In this document: positions 19,788-29,326 of the stretch, one piece after another
Layout of the letters: each line of letters begins with the position of its first letter
Position numbering within the stretch: position 1 is the first letter of the stretch
Origin: Chthoniobacterales bacterium
GTDB taxonomy: Bacteria > Verrucomicrobiota > Verrucomicrobiia > Chthoniobacterales > JAFAMB01
Assembly (NCBI GenBank): GCA_035484035.1
Contig: DATHPI010000119.1
Coordinates: 1 to 49,305 of the forward strand
Reading direction: 5' to 3'
DNA length: 49,305 nt
Notes under the pieces: model-generated
Databases searched by the model: none
What the model was told of the DNA's origin: nothing
What the model saw: only the letters and a program-made list of their open reading frames with translations
Position numbers and translations under genes: made by a program

Positions 19788-21767
19788 GTGATCGCGCTTC
19801 GCAAAGATTTCGACCAAGGGTTCTCCCAGGACATTCAAGAGATGTTTGGGGAAGGAAGCGTCCTGTCGGGTGCAAAGAATTTCGAGTACCGGCCCGAACA
19901 ACAGCAGATGGCAGGAGCAGTGGCGGATGCGCTGGAAGGAAATCATCATCTGGTGGTCGAAGCCGGGACCGGTGTCGGCAAATCATTGGCCTACCTCATA
20001 CCGGCTGCTCTCTTCGCTTTGGAGCACCACCGTAAAGCGATCATTTCGACCCACACCATCAACCTCCAGGAGCAATTGCTCCAAAAAGATATCCCGATTG
20101 TTCGCAAGTTGTTGGATCGGCCATTCGAAGCTGTCTTGCTCAAAGGAAGACAAAATTATCTCTGTCCAAATCGACTCGACCGTGCTTTGCAACTGCAGAA
20201 CGATCTCTTCAACAGCTCTGAGCAACAAGAGTTACTAAGAATCAAGGACTGGAGCCAAAGGACAACCGAGGGGACCCTCAGCGACTTGGACGTCGAGCCG
20301 GATCCATCCGTCTGGGCACAAGTTTGCAGTGAACCGCACATCTGCACTCCGAAAACGTGTGGGGACGGAACCCGCTGTTTTTACCAGGAGGCACGGAAAA
20401 AATTATTGACGGCCGACCTGATCGTGGTCAATCACACCCTTTTTTTCCTGGCCTTGGAAAGCATGGGCGAGGCCGAGAGTCGAAGTTCGGGGTACCTTTT
20501 CCCGAATGACTTTGTCATCTTGGACGAGGCGCACACCGTTGAGTCTGTCGCTGCGCGCCAGGTTGGCCTTGGAATCTCGCAATACGGCCTCAAACAGGCG
20601 CTGTATCGGCTCTACAATCCAAAATCAAAAAAGGGGCTCTTCACCGTTCTTAGAGCTGAGGAAGCGGTCCGGGAGACTGCCGAAACAATCGAAGCGGTGG
20701 ACCGCTTTTTCCAAGCGGTTGAACAAGCCGCGGATTTTCGGAAAGGCCGGGAATGCCGTGTGCGCGAACCGGGCCTGGTACCGGACAGTGTCACACTGGC
20801 TCTGGCGCGGGTTCAGTCGATCGTGGTCGCCCTCATGAAAAAGACCGAGGACGAAAAGCTCAAATCTGAGCTCCAGGATTTGGGTCGCCGCCTCCGTGAA
20901 GCGCGTCGCGGTGTAGCCGACTTTCTGCAGCAAACTCCAGAAAACCATGTTTACTGGGTCGAGCGGACAGGGAAAACGGTGCACCAGCTGACGTTGAACG
21001 CTGCGCCGGTCGATATATCCTCGGTGTTGAACCGGATGCTGTTCCCGGAAGGTCGTACCTGCGTGATGACCAGCGCGACACTTTCGGTCGGTCGCGACGA
21101 TCTGGCTTATTTCCGCGGACGAGTGGGTGCTTTCGAGGTCGATGCTTTGCAGATCGGCAGCCCTTTTGATTACCAAAAGCAGATGCGTCTTTACGTTGCC
21201 AAAAAAATGCCGGATCCGCGCAATCCGGAATATGAGGATGCACTGGAAAAATGGATTACTTACTTTTTGAAAAAAACCAACGGCCGCGCCTTTGTTCTTT
21301 TTACCAGCTACAAAAGCATGATGAGCTTGACCCAGCGCATGGAGCCCGCCTTGGATCGCGCTTACACTTTTCTGGTTCAGGGGAAGGGCTTATCCCGTAC
21401 CCGCATGCTGGAACGTTTTAAAAAATCCAACAACGGTGTCTTGTTCGGGACCGACAGCTTCTGGACCGGTGTCGATGTGCCAGGGGAAGCGCTCTCAAAC
21501 GTTATCATTACCAGACTCCCTTTCGCAGTTCCCGATCATCCATTAATCGAAGCCAAACTCGAATATATTGAGGCCAACGGCGGTGATCCTTTCACCGAAT
21601 ATTCCCTTCCCGAAGCAATCCTGAAATTGCGACAAGGGGTTGGTCGGCTTATTCGGACCAAAACTGATGAGGGCATTATCGTTATTCTGGATAACCGGAT
21701 CTTGAGCAAGAATTACGGCAAGAGCTTTCTGCAAGCGCTTCCTCCCTGCCCGTTGGAGATGGTGTGA
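19788..21767 (+). CDS. dinG: ATP-dependent DNA helicase, DinG/XPD-like (Fe-S type)
   Basis: 659 aa with a GTG start. It has Walker A EAGTGVGKS, DEAH box ILDEAHTVE, a Cys cluster between them (LCPN, VCSEPHICTPKTCGDGTRCF) and C-terminal helicase motifs (FGTDSFWTGVDVPG, QGVGRLIR). Confidence 0.88.
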   Translation: MIALRKDFDQGFSQDIQEMFGEGSVLSGAKNFEYRPEQQQMAGAVADALEGNHHLVVEAGTGVGKSLAYLIPAALFALEHHRKAIISTHTINLQEQLLQKDIPIVRKLLDRPFEAVLLKGRQNYLCPNRLDRALQLQNDLFNSSEQQELLRIKDWSQRTTEGTLSDLDVEPDPSVWAQVCSEPHICTPKTCGDGTRCFYQEARKKLLTADLIVVNHTLFFLALESMGEAESRSSGYLFPNDFVILDEAHTVESVAARQVGLGISQYGLKQALYRLYNPKSKKGLFTVLRAEEAVRETAETIEAVDRFFQAVEQAADFRKGRECRVREPGLVPDSVTLALARVQSIVVALMKKTEDEKLKSELQDLGRRLREARRGVADFLQQTPENHVYWVERTGKTVHQLTLNAAPVDISSVLNRMLFPEGRTCVMTSATLSVGRDDLAYFRGRVGAFEVDALQIGSPFDYQKQMRLYVAKKMPDPRNPEYEDALEKWITYFLKKTNGRAFVLFTSYKSMMSLTQRMEPALDRAYTFLVQGKGLSRTRMLERFKKSNNGVLFGTDSFWTGVDVPGEALSNVIITRLPFAVPDHPLIEAKLEYIEANGGDPFTEYSLPEAILKLRQGVGRLIRTKTDEGIIVILDNRILSKNYGKSFLQALPPCPLEMV

Positions 21768-22942
21768 GTTTGGGTTTTCCTGTGAATCCGATTGACCGGT
21801 TCCTGGCAAATCTCGAAGCGAGCCTGACCAGCAAAACTTTCCGGCGGTTAACACTGGGAAAGTGCCGGGATGAACTGGAAGGCGTCAAACACGTCTACAT
21901 CCGTGCTGTTACCCTGAAGAACGGGATCCACTTGAGTTTTGCCCGCCGCTATCCGGAACGCGATCTGACTCAAAATTATCTTGTCTCCGATGGCATTTCC
22001 TTAGTCCGTGAATGGTTAGGCAAATCCAGCTTGGCCGCGACTCTCTTCACAGTCGATCAGCGCCAACAACTTTTGTTCAACCGGCACGGAAACCCCCGGT
22101 TATTCAATACCTCTGGGGAAACTGTCGAGAATCACCTCCAACATGATCGGGAGAAAGCGCGCCTGTTGGAGGACGACACCTTTCTGAGGCACCTCGGCGT
22201 CCTTGACCCCACCGGAAAACCGAGAAGCCAGATGAGTGATAAATACCGGCAGATTCATCATTTTATTGAATTGCTGGCCCCGGCTCTGCGAAGCCTGCCA
22301 AAAGGAAGGAAGCTCCGAGTGGCCGATATGGGCTCAGGAAAAGGCTACCTGACATTCGCAGCCTATGCTTTTTTAAAACAAGCAGGGTACCAGGCCGAAG
22401 TTTTTGGCATCGAAAGACGTCGTGCGCTGGTCGATCTTTGTAATCGGGTCGCCGCTCAATGCGAATTTCCTGACCTTCGATTTGAGGTCGGCGAAATTTC
22501 AGACGTCGAGCTGGAGGGCGTCGATGTCCTGGTCGCTTTGCATGCCTGCGATACCGCCACGGATGACGCGCTCTACCGCGGGATCGCCGCCAAGGCTCAA
22601 TTAATCTTCCTGGCCCCTTGCTGTCATAAGGAGATCCGGCCTCAGCTGAGGCCACCGAATGAACTCGCCCCTTTGTTCAGGCATGGGATCCAAGCGGAGC
22701 GCATGGCGGAAAACATCACCGACGCACTCAGATGCATGTACCTCGAGGCCTGCGGATACTCGACCACGATTCAGGAGTTCATCGCCTTGGAACATACCCA
22801 AAAGAATCTCTTGATCAGCGCTGCAAAAAACTCCAAGCCCTTCGACCAAGACCTGCTTTTTCGGGAGGCCTCAGAATTCCAGGCCCGGTTCGGGATTGTC
22901 CACCAGCGCCTGGCTGATCTATTGACCTCGGAACAGCGCTAA
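21764..22942 (+). CDS. Class I SAM-dependent methyltransferase with an uncharacterised ~170-aa N-terminal domain
   Basis: 392 aa with motif I VADMGSGKGYLT and acidic motif II-like FGIE. The GTG start overlaps the helicase stop (GTGTGA, 4-nt overlap). Confidence 0.8.
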   Translation: MSLGFPVNPIDRFLANLEASLTSKTFRRLTLGKCRDELEGVKHVYIRAVTLKNGIHLSFARRYPERDLTQNYLVSDGISLVREWLGKSSLAATLFTVDQRQQLLFNRHGNPRLFNTSGETVENHLQHDREKARLLEDDTFLRHLGVLDPTGKPRSQMSDKYRQIHHFIELLAPALRSLPKGRKLRVADMGSGKGYLTFAAYAFLKQAGYQAEVFGIERRRALVDLCNRVAAQCEFPDLRFEVGEISDVELEGVDVLVALHACDTATDDALYRGIAAKAQLIFLAPCCHKEIRPQLRPPNELAPLFRHGIQAERMAENITDALRCMYLEACGYSTTIQEFIALEHTQKNLLISAAKNSKPFDQDLLFREASEFQARFGIVHQRLADLLTSEQR

Positions 22943-23103
22943 CCGAATAAAACCTCTCAGTCTTTCCAGTGCCGCGAGGTATTCCTTAGAAGATCCACAG
23001 TGCTGATTCCCAGCTGCATTGCTCGGACCATAAGTGGTGGTATCACTGCGAACCTTGATTTTTACCGTCGAATGCAGCGAGGAGTTTGGCACTTGGGCCC
23101 ATT

Positions 23104-23141
23104 CTGCAACTCCTGAACTCCTGCAACTCCTGAACTCCTCC
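23104..23141. repeat. AACTCCTG-type short tandem/dispersed repeat (copy 1)
   Basis: ctgcaactcctgaactcctgcaactcctgaactcc lies directly after the stop of the response-regulator gene. The same motif ends the elements at 35408-35497 and 36554-36657. Confidence 0.8.
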
Positions 23142-23142
23142 C

Positions 23143-24462
23143 TTAAAGTTTCTTCTTGCGCCGATACAATGTAGCGGGATCAATTCCAAGGACATTTGCC
23201 GCCTCATCGATCGTCCGTGAATTCGCGATCACTCGTCGGATGTGTTCGTTGTCCAACTCTTCAAGAGTGACACTACCTCCGACCCGAAGCTCGGATCGTG
23301 CCTGCACGATCTCCACGAGATCGACAGCGCCTATCGCATCTCCGCTCCCAAGGATCACGGCGCGCTCGATCAAATTGCGCAGTTCGCGAAGATTGCCGGG
23401 CCAGTTATACGATTGCATCGCTTCCAGAGCGTCTGGGGTAAAGCCGTTGAATTGCCTTCCTGCCCGATGAGCAAAGAAATCGAGATGCCGTTTCGCAATC
23501 CGTTCGAGATCCTGGAGACGCTCGCGTAGCGGCGGCAGACGCAAGGAAATGACGTTGAGACGGTAGTAAAGATCTTCGCGAAATCGTCCTTCACGAACGG
23601 CTTCCGCCAGGTCGCGGTTGGTCGCCGAAATGACCCGTACGTTGGCCCGACGTGGCTTCGCCTCGCCCACCCGCTCGTATTCCCGCTCCTGCAGCAGGCG
23701 CAGCAGCTTCGACTGGATTTCCAAAGGAAGGTCGCCAATTTCATCCAGCAGCAGCGTCCCGCCGTCCGCGGCGGAAACTTTCCCCTGGGTATCCGTCAGA
23801 GCGCCGGTGAACGCCCCTTTGACATGACCGAAAAGTTCGCTCTCCAGAAGTTCACGCGAAAGACTCGGACAACTGACCGTCACAAATGCGCGCGACTTTC
23901 GTGGGCTCCGAGCGTGCATGCCTTTCGCCAAGACGCTTTTGCCGGTGCCGCTCTCTCCCAGAATCAGGACGGTCGCATCACTGTTGGCCGCTCTGAAGGC
24001 CATGTCGATCACCGTTTGCATGGAGGGAGAATCGGTGGTCAAATCGACTTCGGGCGACTCCAGGCTGAGCTGCGACTCGAGTTCGACCACCCGGTTTTCC
24101 AAACGTTTGGTTCGTTCGATCCTGGCCAGTAACTGCCGCACCTGATCCGGAGTGCACGGCTTCGGAAGATAATCGAAAGCACCGCGCCGCATCGCTTCGA
24201 CCGCTGTCTCGATGGAGGCAAAGGCCGTAACGATCACCACCGCGGCCTGGGGTGCAAGTCGTAGGATCTCTCCGAGCACTTCCAGCCCGCTTTCCTGATG
24301 CAATTTCAAGTCAAGAAAGACGACGTCGAAGGTCGCATTCTTTAGTTCCTTAAACGATTCAGCACCTGTGGCCACGCAGACCACCTCATGGTCCATCGAT
24401 TCCAGCGCCATGGCCATCGTGCGTCTAATGTTTTTCTCGTCATCAACCACTAAAATCCGCAT
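23143..24462 (-). CDS. Sigma-54-dependent Fis-family response regulator (NtrC-type enhancer-binding protein)
   Basis: 439 aa. It has a receiver domain (MRILVVDDE..., DVVFLDLKL), AAA+ motifs GESGTGKS and GAFTGA (FGHVKGAFTGA), and a C-terminal HTH (IDEAANVLGIDPATLYRRKKK). Confidence 0.93.
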   Translation of the reverse strand: MRILVVDDEKNIRRTMAMALESMDHEVVCVATGAESFKELKNATFDVVFLDLKLHQESGLEVLGEILRLAPQAAVVIVTAFASIETAVEAMRRGAFDYLPKPCTPDQVRQLLARIERTKRLENRVVELESQLSLESPEVDLTTDSPSMQTVIDMAFRAANSDATVLILGESGTGKSVLAKGMHARSPRKSRAFVTVSCPSLSRELLESELFGHVKGAFTGALTDTQGKVSAADGGTLLLDEIGDLPLEIQSKLLRLLQEREYERVGEAKPRRANVRVISATNRDLAEAVREGRFREDLYYRLNVISLRLPPLRERLQDLERIAKRHLDFFAHRAGRQFNGFTPDALEAMQSYNWPGNLRELRNLIERAVILGSGDAIGAVDLVEIVQARSELRVGGSVTLEELDNEHIRRVIANSRTIDEAANVLGIDPATLYRRKKKL

Positions 24463-24715
24463 ACCCTTGTCCGGCCCTAATCTGACAACTGTTTACCAAA
24501 TCGCAATTCCCCGCGCAAAATGCGAAGGGATTGAGGTCGTTTGCTGATTTTAGCAACTCTCAACGATGGATAGATGATCGGCTCCTCAACGGAAGCTGCC
24601 TAATCGGTGACAGACAACTAGTTAGCTAATAAAAAATCGTTCATTGGCTTGACAGGTAAAACGCGCACCTGCTAGAACTTAGCAAGTTCACCCCATCTGG
24701 AAAGGCCCCCCGCAA

Positions 24716-26008
24716 ATGCTCCTAAAGAAAAGTTTTACTAGACGAAATGTTCTTCACTTAGTTGGCTCAGTTCTCGCTGCTTCCTTGATCGCCCACACCG
24801 GTTTCGGTGCAGGTGTCACCTTACGATTTGCCAGTGATTCAAGTGGTACCGGAGGCGCTTTCATCAAAGCGCTTTGCGATGAGTGGTCGCAGAAGACCGG
24901 CAACAAGGTTGAAATCATTAGCCGTCCGCAGGACGCGACCGCGACCCTGCAGCAGTATCAGCAGTACTGGGCAGCAAAAAGTGGCGACGTGGATGTCTAC
25001 CAGATCGATGTGATCTGGCAAAGCATCGCCGGACCACATGCTGTTGACTTGAAAAAGTATTTCAAAGCAGACGAGATCAGTCAGCATTTCCCGCGCATCA
25101 TCGACAACAACACGGTGAACGGAAAACTGGTCTCCATACCCTGGTTCACCGACGCCGGGACCCTCTATTATCGAACAGACCTGCTGGAAAAGTATGGATA
25201 TAAGGAGCCGCCCAAGACCTGGGAAGAACTCGCCGAAATGGCCAAGAAGATTCAGGACGGCGAACGCAAAGCGGGCAAGCCTGACTTCCAAGGGTTTGTT
25301 TTTCAAGGCAAAGCCAGTGAAAGCGTGACCTGTAACGCTCTCGAATGGGTCTACAGCTATGGCGGAGGGGTCATTATAGAGCCGGATAAGAAGGTCACCA
25401 TCAACAATCCGAATGCCATCAAGGCGCTGGACACCGCCAGGAGTTGGGTAGGAAGTATCTCGCCGGCCGGGGTTGTCACCTACGGAGAAGAAGAAGCTCG
25501 AAATGTCTGGCAGGCCGGGAACGCGGCTTTCATGCGCAATTGGCCTTACGCCTATGCCTTGGGCCAGGACCCGAAAAGCGCGGTCGCGGGCAAGTTTGAT
25601 GTGACCGTCCTCCCGAAAGGCGGCGACAATGGTAAAAATGCAGCCTGTCTCGGTGGCTGGAACCTAATGGTCTCCGGCTATTCAAAAAACCCGGATGCGG
25701 CGGCCGATTTGGTCAAATACCTGGATTCAGCAGACGCTCAGAAAAAGCGCGCCATTGATCTGAGCCTGCTTCCGACGTTGCCGGCTCTCTACGCCGACCC
25801 GGAGGTCCTGGCTAAAAATCCGTGGTTCAAGAACATGGTCGAGGTGTTCAAGAATGCGGTCGCTCGTCCGTCCACGGTCACCGGCGCCGATTACAATCAG
25901 ATCTCCACGGCATTTTTCCAAAATGTGAACAAAGTGCTTACCGGGGGCGAATCAGGCAAGGATGCGGTGCAGCAAGTTGAGAGGGTCGGGAAACGACTGG
26001 TTCGTTAA
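24716..26008 (+). CDS. Sugar ABC transporter substrate-binding protein (family 1; trehalose/maltose-like, specificity uncertain)
   Basis: 430 aa with a signal sequence and an extracellular solute-binding family 1 pattern (IPWFTDAGTLYYRTDLL, GGWNLMVS). Two MalFG-type permease genes follow. Confidence 0.85.
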   Translation: MLLKKSFTRRNVLHLVGSVLAASLIAHTGFGAGVTLRFASDSSGTGGAFIKALCDEWSQKTGNKVEIISRPQDATATLQQYQQYWAAKSGDVDVYQIDVIWQSIAGPHAVDLKKYFKADEISQHFPRIIDNNTVNGKLVSIPWFTDAGTLYYRTDLLEKYGYKEPPKTWEELAEMAKKIQDGERKAGKPDFQGFVFQGKASESVTCNALEWVYSYGGGVIIEPDKKVTINNPNAIKALDTARSWVGSISPAGVVTYGEEEARNVWQAGNAAFMRNWPYAYALGQDPKSAVAGKFDVTVLPKGGDNGKNAACLGGWNLMVSGYSKNPDAAADLVKYLDSADAQKKRAIDLSLLPTLPALYADPEVLAKNPWFKNMVEVFKNAVARPSTVTGADYNQISTAFFQNVNKVLTGGESGKDAVQQVERVGKRLVR

Positions 26009-26034
26009 CTCTTGGACAGAGACGGCACTGCGAT

Positions 26035-26922
26035 ATGGCCAAGCAAATCGACCTGCTGGAGCGCCAAAGACGGTTGGCATGGTTTTTGATCGTGCCGGCC
26101 GTTTTCGTGGTGTTCCTGGTAATCGGATACCCACTCATCCAGGTTCTTCTCTACTCGGTCCTCAAATACAAGCTTGACGGGGTTACCCCCGCAAGCTTTG
26201 TGGGCCTCAGCAATTACCTGTTTATTTTAACGGATCCCGACTTCTGGCTGGCGGTCCAAAATACGCTCATTTTTTCGGTTTGCTCCGTGACGCTCGAATG
26301 CGTTTTGGGTCTGGCCGTTGCCCTGGTCGCCAATTCGAAGTTCAAAGGCCGCTCCATTTTGCGCGTGGCCATTTTGATTCCCTGGGCCATCCCGACGGTC
26401 GTCTCATCCAAGATCTGGGCCTGGATGTTCAACGACATCTATGGAGTGGTCAACGTCCTCCTGATCAATTTTCATCTCATATCACAAAAGATCGCGTTTC
26501 TGGCGACGCCCGCAACAGCGTTGCCGGTCATCATCGCCGTCGATGTCTGGAAGACGACTCCCTTTATGGCGCTCCTTTTGCTCGCCGGCCTCGGATTGAT
26601 TCCCGGCGATCTGTACGAAGCTGCGTCGATTGACGGTGCATCCAAAATCCGCCAATTCTTCTCTCTCACCTTGCCACTGGTCATGCCGACCTTACTGGTG
26701 GCACTTATCTTCCGCACCCTGGACGCGCTGCGCGTCTTTGACATTTTTTATGTCATGGTGGGAGGCCAAGGGAATATGGCTACCATGGCCATCTACAATC
26801 AGCAGTGGCTGGTTTCGTTCCTGGATGCCGGCATCGGCTCCGCCGCTTCGGTCATTATTCTCGTGATCATCATGGTCTTTGTGGTCCTCTACACGCGCTT
26901 TAGCAAAACGAGCTTCGAATGA
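26035..26922 (+). CDS. Carbohydrate ABC transporter permease (MalF/ThuF-type)
   Basis: 295 aa with 6 TM helices and the EAA loop YEAASIDGASKIRQFFSLTLPL. Confidence 0.9.
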   Translation: MAKQIDLLERQRRLAWFLIVPAVFVVFLVIGYPLIQVLLYSVLKYKLDGVTPASFVGLSNYLFILTDPDFWLAVQNTLIFSVCSVTLECVLGLAVALVANSKFKGRSILRVAILIPWAIPTVVSSKIWAWMFNDIYGVVNVLLINFHLISQKIAFLATPATALPVIIAVDVWKTTPFMALLLLAGLGLIPGDLYEAASIDGASKIRQFFSLTLPLVMPTLLVALIFRTLDALRVFDIFYVMVGGQGNMATMAIYNQQWLVSFLDAGIGSAASVIILVIIMVFVVLYTRFSKTSFE

Positions 26923-27764
26923 AAGATCCAGATTCAAAATCATCACCGGTCCTGCGAGCGCTGTTTTACCTTTTGGTGCTCGTCATTCTAGTTTTTAATT
27001 TATTCCCGTTTCTCTATGCGGTGGTCTCGTCGTTTCGGCCCAGCAGTGAACTGTTTTCGACCGATCTGATCCCGAAATCGCTTACGTTCCTCCACTATAG
27101 CGAAATCTTTAGAGATGCCCGATTTGTGGCCAGCCTCATCAACTCGATCATCGTTGCCGGTTGTACCGTCGCGATTGCGCTCGCGTTCGGCAGCCTCTGT
27201 GCCTATGCGCTTGGGAGGTTGCCGTTCCGTTTCAAGGGATTTGTGCTTTACCTGGTGCTGACCATGACAATGTTTCCGCAGATTTCGGTGCTCTCGGGTC
27301 TTTTTGTCATGCTCAAGGCTCTGAACCTGTTTAACACGCGTCAAGGTCTGATCATGACATATTTGATTTTCTCCTTGCCGTTCACCATCTGGGTGATGAC
27401 CCAGTACTTTCGCAGTCTGCCGAGAGAACTCGAGGAAGCCGCCTACGTAGACGGGGCGTCGCCGTTGGCCGTGTTTTGGCAAGTTCTGCTCCCTCTAACG
27501 GTGCCCGGCTTGGTCTCTACCGGGCTATTGGCTTTCATTGCCGCCTGGAACGAATTTTTGTTCGCGCTGACCTTTACCGTCACCGATAACATGAAGACCG
27601 TACCGGTCGTGATCTCCCAGTTTAGCGGTGCAACCTCTTATGAACAGCCCTGGGGCTCGATAATGGCGGCTTCGATGGTGGTGACCATCCCACTGGTCAT
27701 CTTGGTCATGATCTTCCAGTACCGAATCGTGGCAGGCCTCACCGCCGGTGCCGTGAAAGGGTAG
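26919..27764 (+). CDS. Carbohydrate ABC transporter permease (MalG/ThuG-type)
   Basis: 281 aa with the EAA loop EEAAYVDGASPLAVFWQVLLPL. The start overlaps the previous stop by 4 nt. Confidence 0.9.
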   Translation: MKDPDSKSSPVLRALFYLLVLVILVFNLFPFLYAVVSSFRPSSELFSTDLIPKSLTFLHYSEIFRDARFVASLINSIIVAGCTVAIALAFGSLCAYALGRLPFRFKGFVLYLVLTMTMFPQISVLSGLFVMLKALNLFNTRQGLIMTYLIFSLPFTIWVMTQYFRSLPRELEEAAYVDGASPLAVFWQVLLPLTVPGLVSTGLLAFIAAWNEFLFALTFTVTDNMKTVPVVISQFSGATSYEQPWGSIMAASMVVTIPLVILVMIFQYRIVAGLTAGAVKG

Positions 27765-27833
27765 TAACTCTTCGCGGATGCGAAGCGAATCGCTCTCTTT
27801 CATTCGAAGGAGAGCCTGGCGAGGATGTTTCTT

Positions 27834-28140
27834 CTCTGTGCGATGCTTTCCTCTTGGACTTGATTTCTCGCACGACGCCCACGCTGTCGCCGATAGAAAT
27901 TTTGACCACAAACCAAACCTCCCTCTGTGACCTCCGTGACCTCTGTGCGATGCTTTCCCCTTGGACTTGATTTCTCGCCCAGACGCCCACGCTGTCACCG
28001 ATAGAAATTTTGACCACCAAACCCAACTCCCCCTCTGTGACCTCCGTGACCTCTCTGCGACGCTCTCCCAATCCGCATCTTTCTCGCCCGCAACCCAAGC
28101 TGTCCACCAAAGAGCCTCCCGCCACCCGCCCTCCAATGCA
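27834..28140. repeat. Tandem repeat, 107-110-bp unit, about 2.8 copies (two near-identical, third degenerate)
   Basis: Units start with ctctgtgcgatgctttcc at 27834 and 27941, and a degenerate ctctctgcgacgctctcc starts at 28051. Each junction carries a nonamer triplet ctctgtgac-ctccgtgac-ctctgtgcg. Confidence 0.92.
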
Positions 28141-28210
28141 CTCTTCTTTCGTTCGGTTTGCCTTTGATCAGACCTGAGTTTCGTACCATCGTGGGACGGA
28201 AAACTCGGAG

Positions 28211-29269
28211 ATGACATCTAAATTTGACTTCCAGGAGGGATTCCGGCGAGCAATTCCGCGCTTAGCCCGAGAGCGAGTCGATCGTGTGTTAAAGTCACTC
28301 GGTGAAAAACCGCGCCCGGGTGCGGAGTCTATCCATGAAGCACGCAAGACCTTGAAATCCCTTCGTGCCTTGTTGCAGCTGGCACGTGGTTCGATCGATG
28401 CCGACGTCCGGCGGAGGGAGAACATTTGCTTTCGAGATGCTGGCCGTTTGCTTTCACCTCTTCGTGATCCGCAGGCTCTTCTGGAAGCCTTGAACTACTT
28501 TTGCGAAAGACCTGACCACTCCGGCGTCTCCACACGGAAGCAGGAATCGATTCGCAGGTTCATCGAAAGAATCCAGCGAGAAATTGAGAAGCGCCTGGTC
28601 GATGGGCTTCCTCAAAGAGAAGTCAGAAAACTGGCGAGAGAACTCCGCGTCGTCAGAAGCCGTGCCGCTCTCTGGTTCGAAGGCATCCCGGCAGGAACTG
28701 CGAACGAATGGGAGATCTATGTGGGGATCGGGTTGCGGCGGACTTACCGTAAAGCCAAAAACCTGGTTTGGCAGTTTGAGGTGATGGGCCACGAGAGGAG
28801 TGATGATAATACGTGGCACGAGCTGCGGAAATCGGCCAAGGCCCTGGGTTATCAGTTGCGATTACTCAAACCGATCTGGCCCAAAATGATGAACGTCTCG
28901 GTGGACGAGATCGATCAACTGACCGATCGCTTGGGGGATGCAAATGACCTTGCAATCTTGCGCGCAAAAATCTTGAACGAACCCTACGATCCTTCGGAAA
29001 CTCAAGAGTCTGCGGAAATCCGCCGGATTTTCCTGCAAATGCTGGATCGTCGTAAGCAAAAGCTGCAATCGGAGGCCTTCAAACTGGCAAAGTTGGTTTA
29101 CGCAGAAAAGCCGGGCCGATTTGAAAGCCGTCTCGCCACCTATTGGCGGGTCGGGCACGGATCACTCGAAGTGTCTAAGATGACGGTTTCTGGCCATGAC
29201 CAAGAAGAACGCAAAAGGCGTATCGACCGGAAGGCGAAAACAGAAACTTTGGTCTCCATACCTTTATAA
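28211..29269 (+). CDS. CHAD domain-containing protein
   Basis: 352 aa, all-helical with spaced conserved His/Arg repeats (IHEARKTLKSLRALLQLAR, WHELRKSAKALGYQLRLLKP, GDANDLAIL) typical of the CHAD domain. Confidence 0.8.
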   Translation: MTSKFDFQEGFRRAIPRLARERVDRVLKSLGEKPRPGAESIHEARKTLKSLRALLQLARGSIDADVRRRENICFRDAGRLLSPLRDPQALLEALNYFCERPDHSGVSTRKQESIRRFIERIQREIEKRLVDGLPQREVRKLARELRVVRSRAALWFEGIPAGTANEWEIYVGIGLRRTYRKAKNLVWQFEVMGHERSDDNTWHELRKSAKALGYQLRLLKPIWPKMMNVSVDEIDQLTDRLGDANDLAILRAKILNEPYDPSETQESAEIRRIFLQMLDRRKQKLQSEAFKLAKLVYAEKPGRFESRLATYWRVGHGSLEVSKMTVSGHDQEERKRRIDRKAKTETLVSIPL

Positions 29270-29326
29270 CCACCGCCTTCAGCAATCTTAAAATCATGAA
29301 CTCTTGTCGGTTGCTTCGGTCAGCGG

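Noticed and set aside
24716-27764. Sugar ABC importer lacking an ATPase gene as an anomaly
   Set aside because: Carbohydrate uptake transporters of the CUT1 type commonly share a distal MsiK/MalK-type ATPase, so this is not unusual.
27834-28140. Possible CRISPR array
   Set aside because: The units are ~107-110 bp and directly abut with no unique spacers. No cas genes or leader-like organisation are present.
27525-28217. 230-aa minus-strand ORF
   Set aside because: It runs antisense through the end of the ABC permease and then through the 107-bp tandem repeat. Its internal protein repeats (SKFLS.TAWAS, HRGHGGHRG) simply mirror the DNA repeat.
29287-29326. CTTAAAA as a sigma-32 -35 element upstream of hsp20
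   Set aside because: No CCCCAT-like -10 element lies at the required 13-15-nt spacing.
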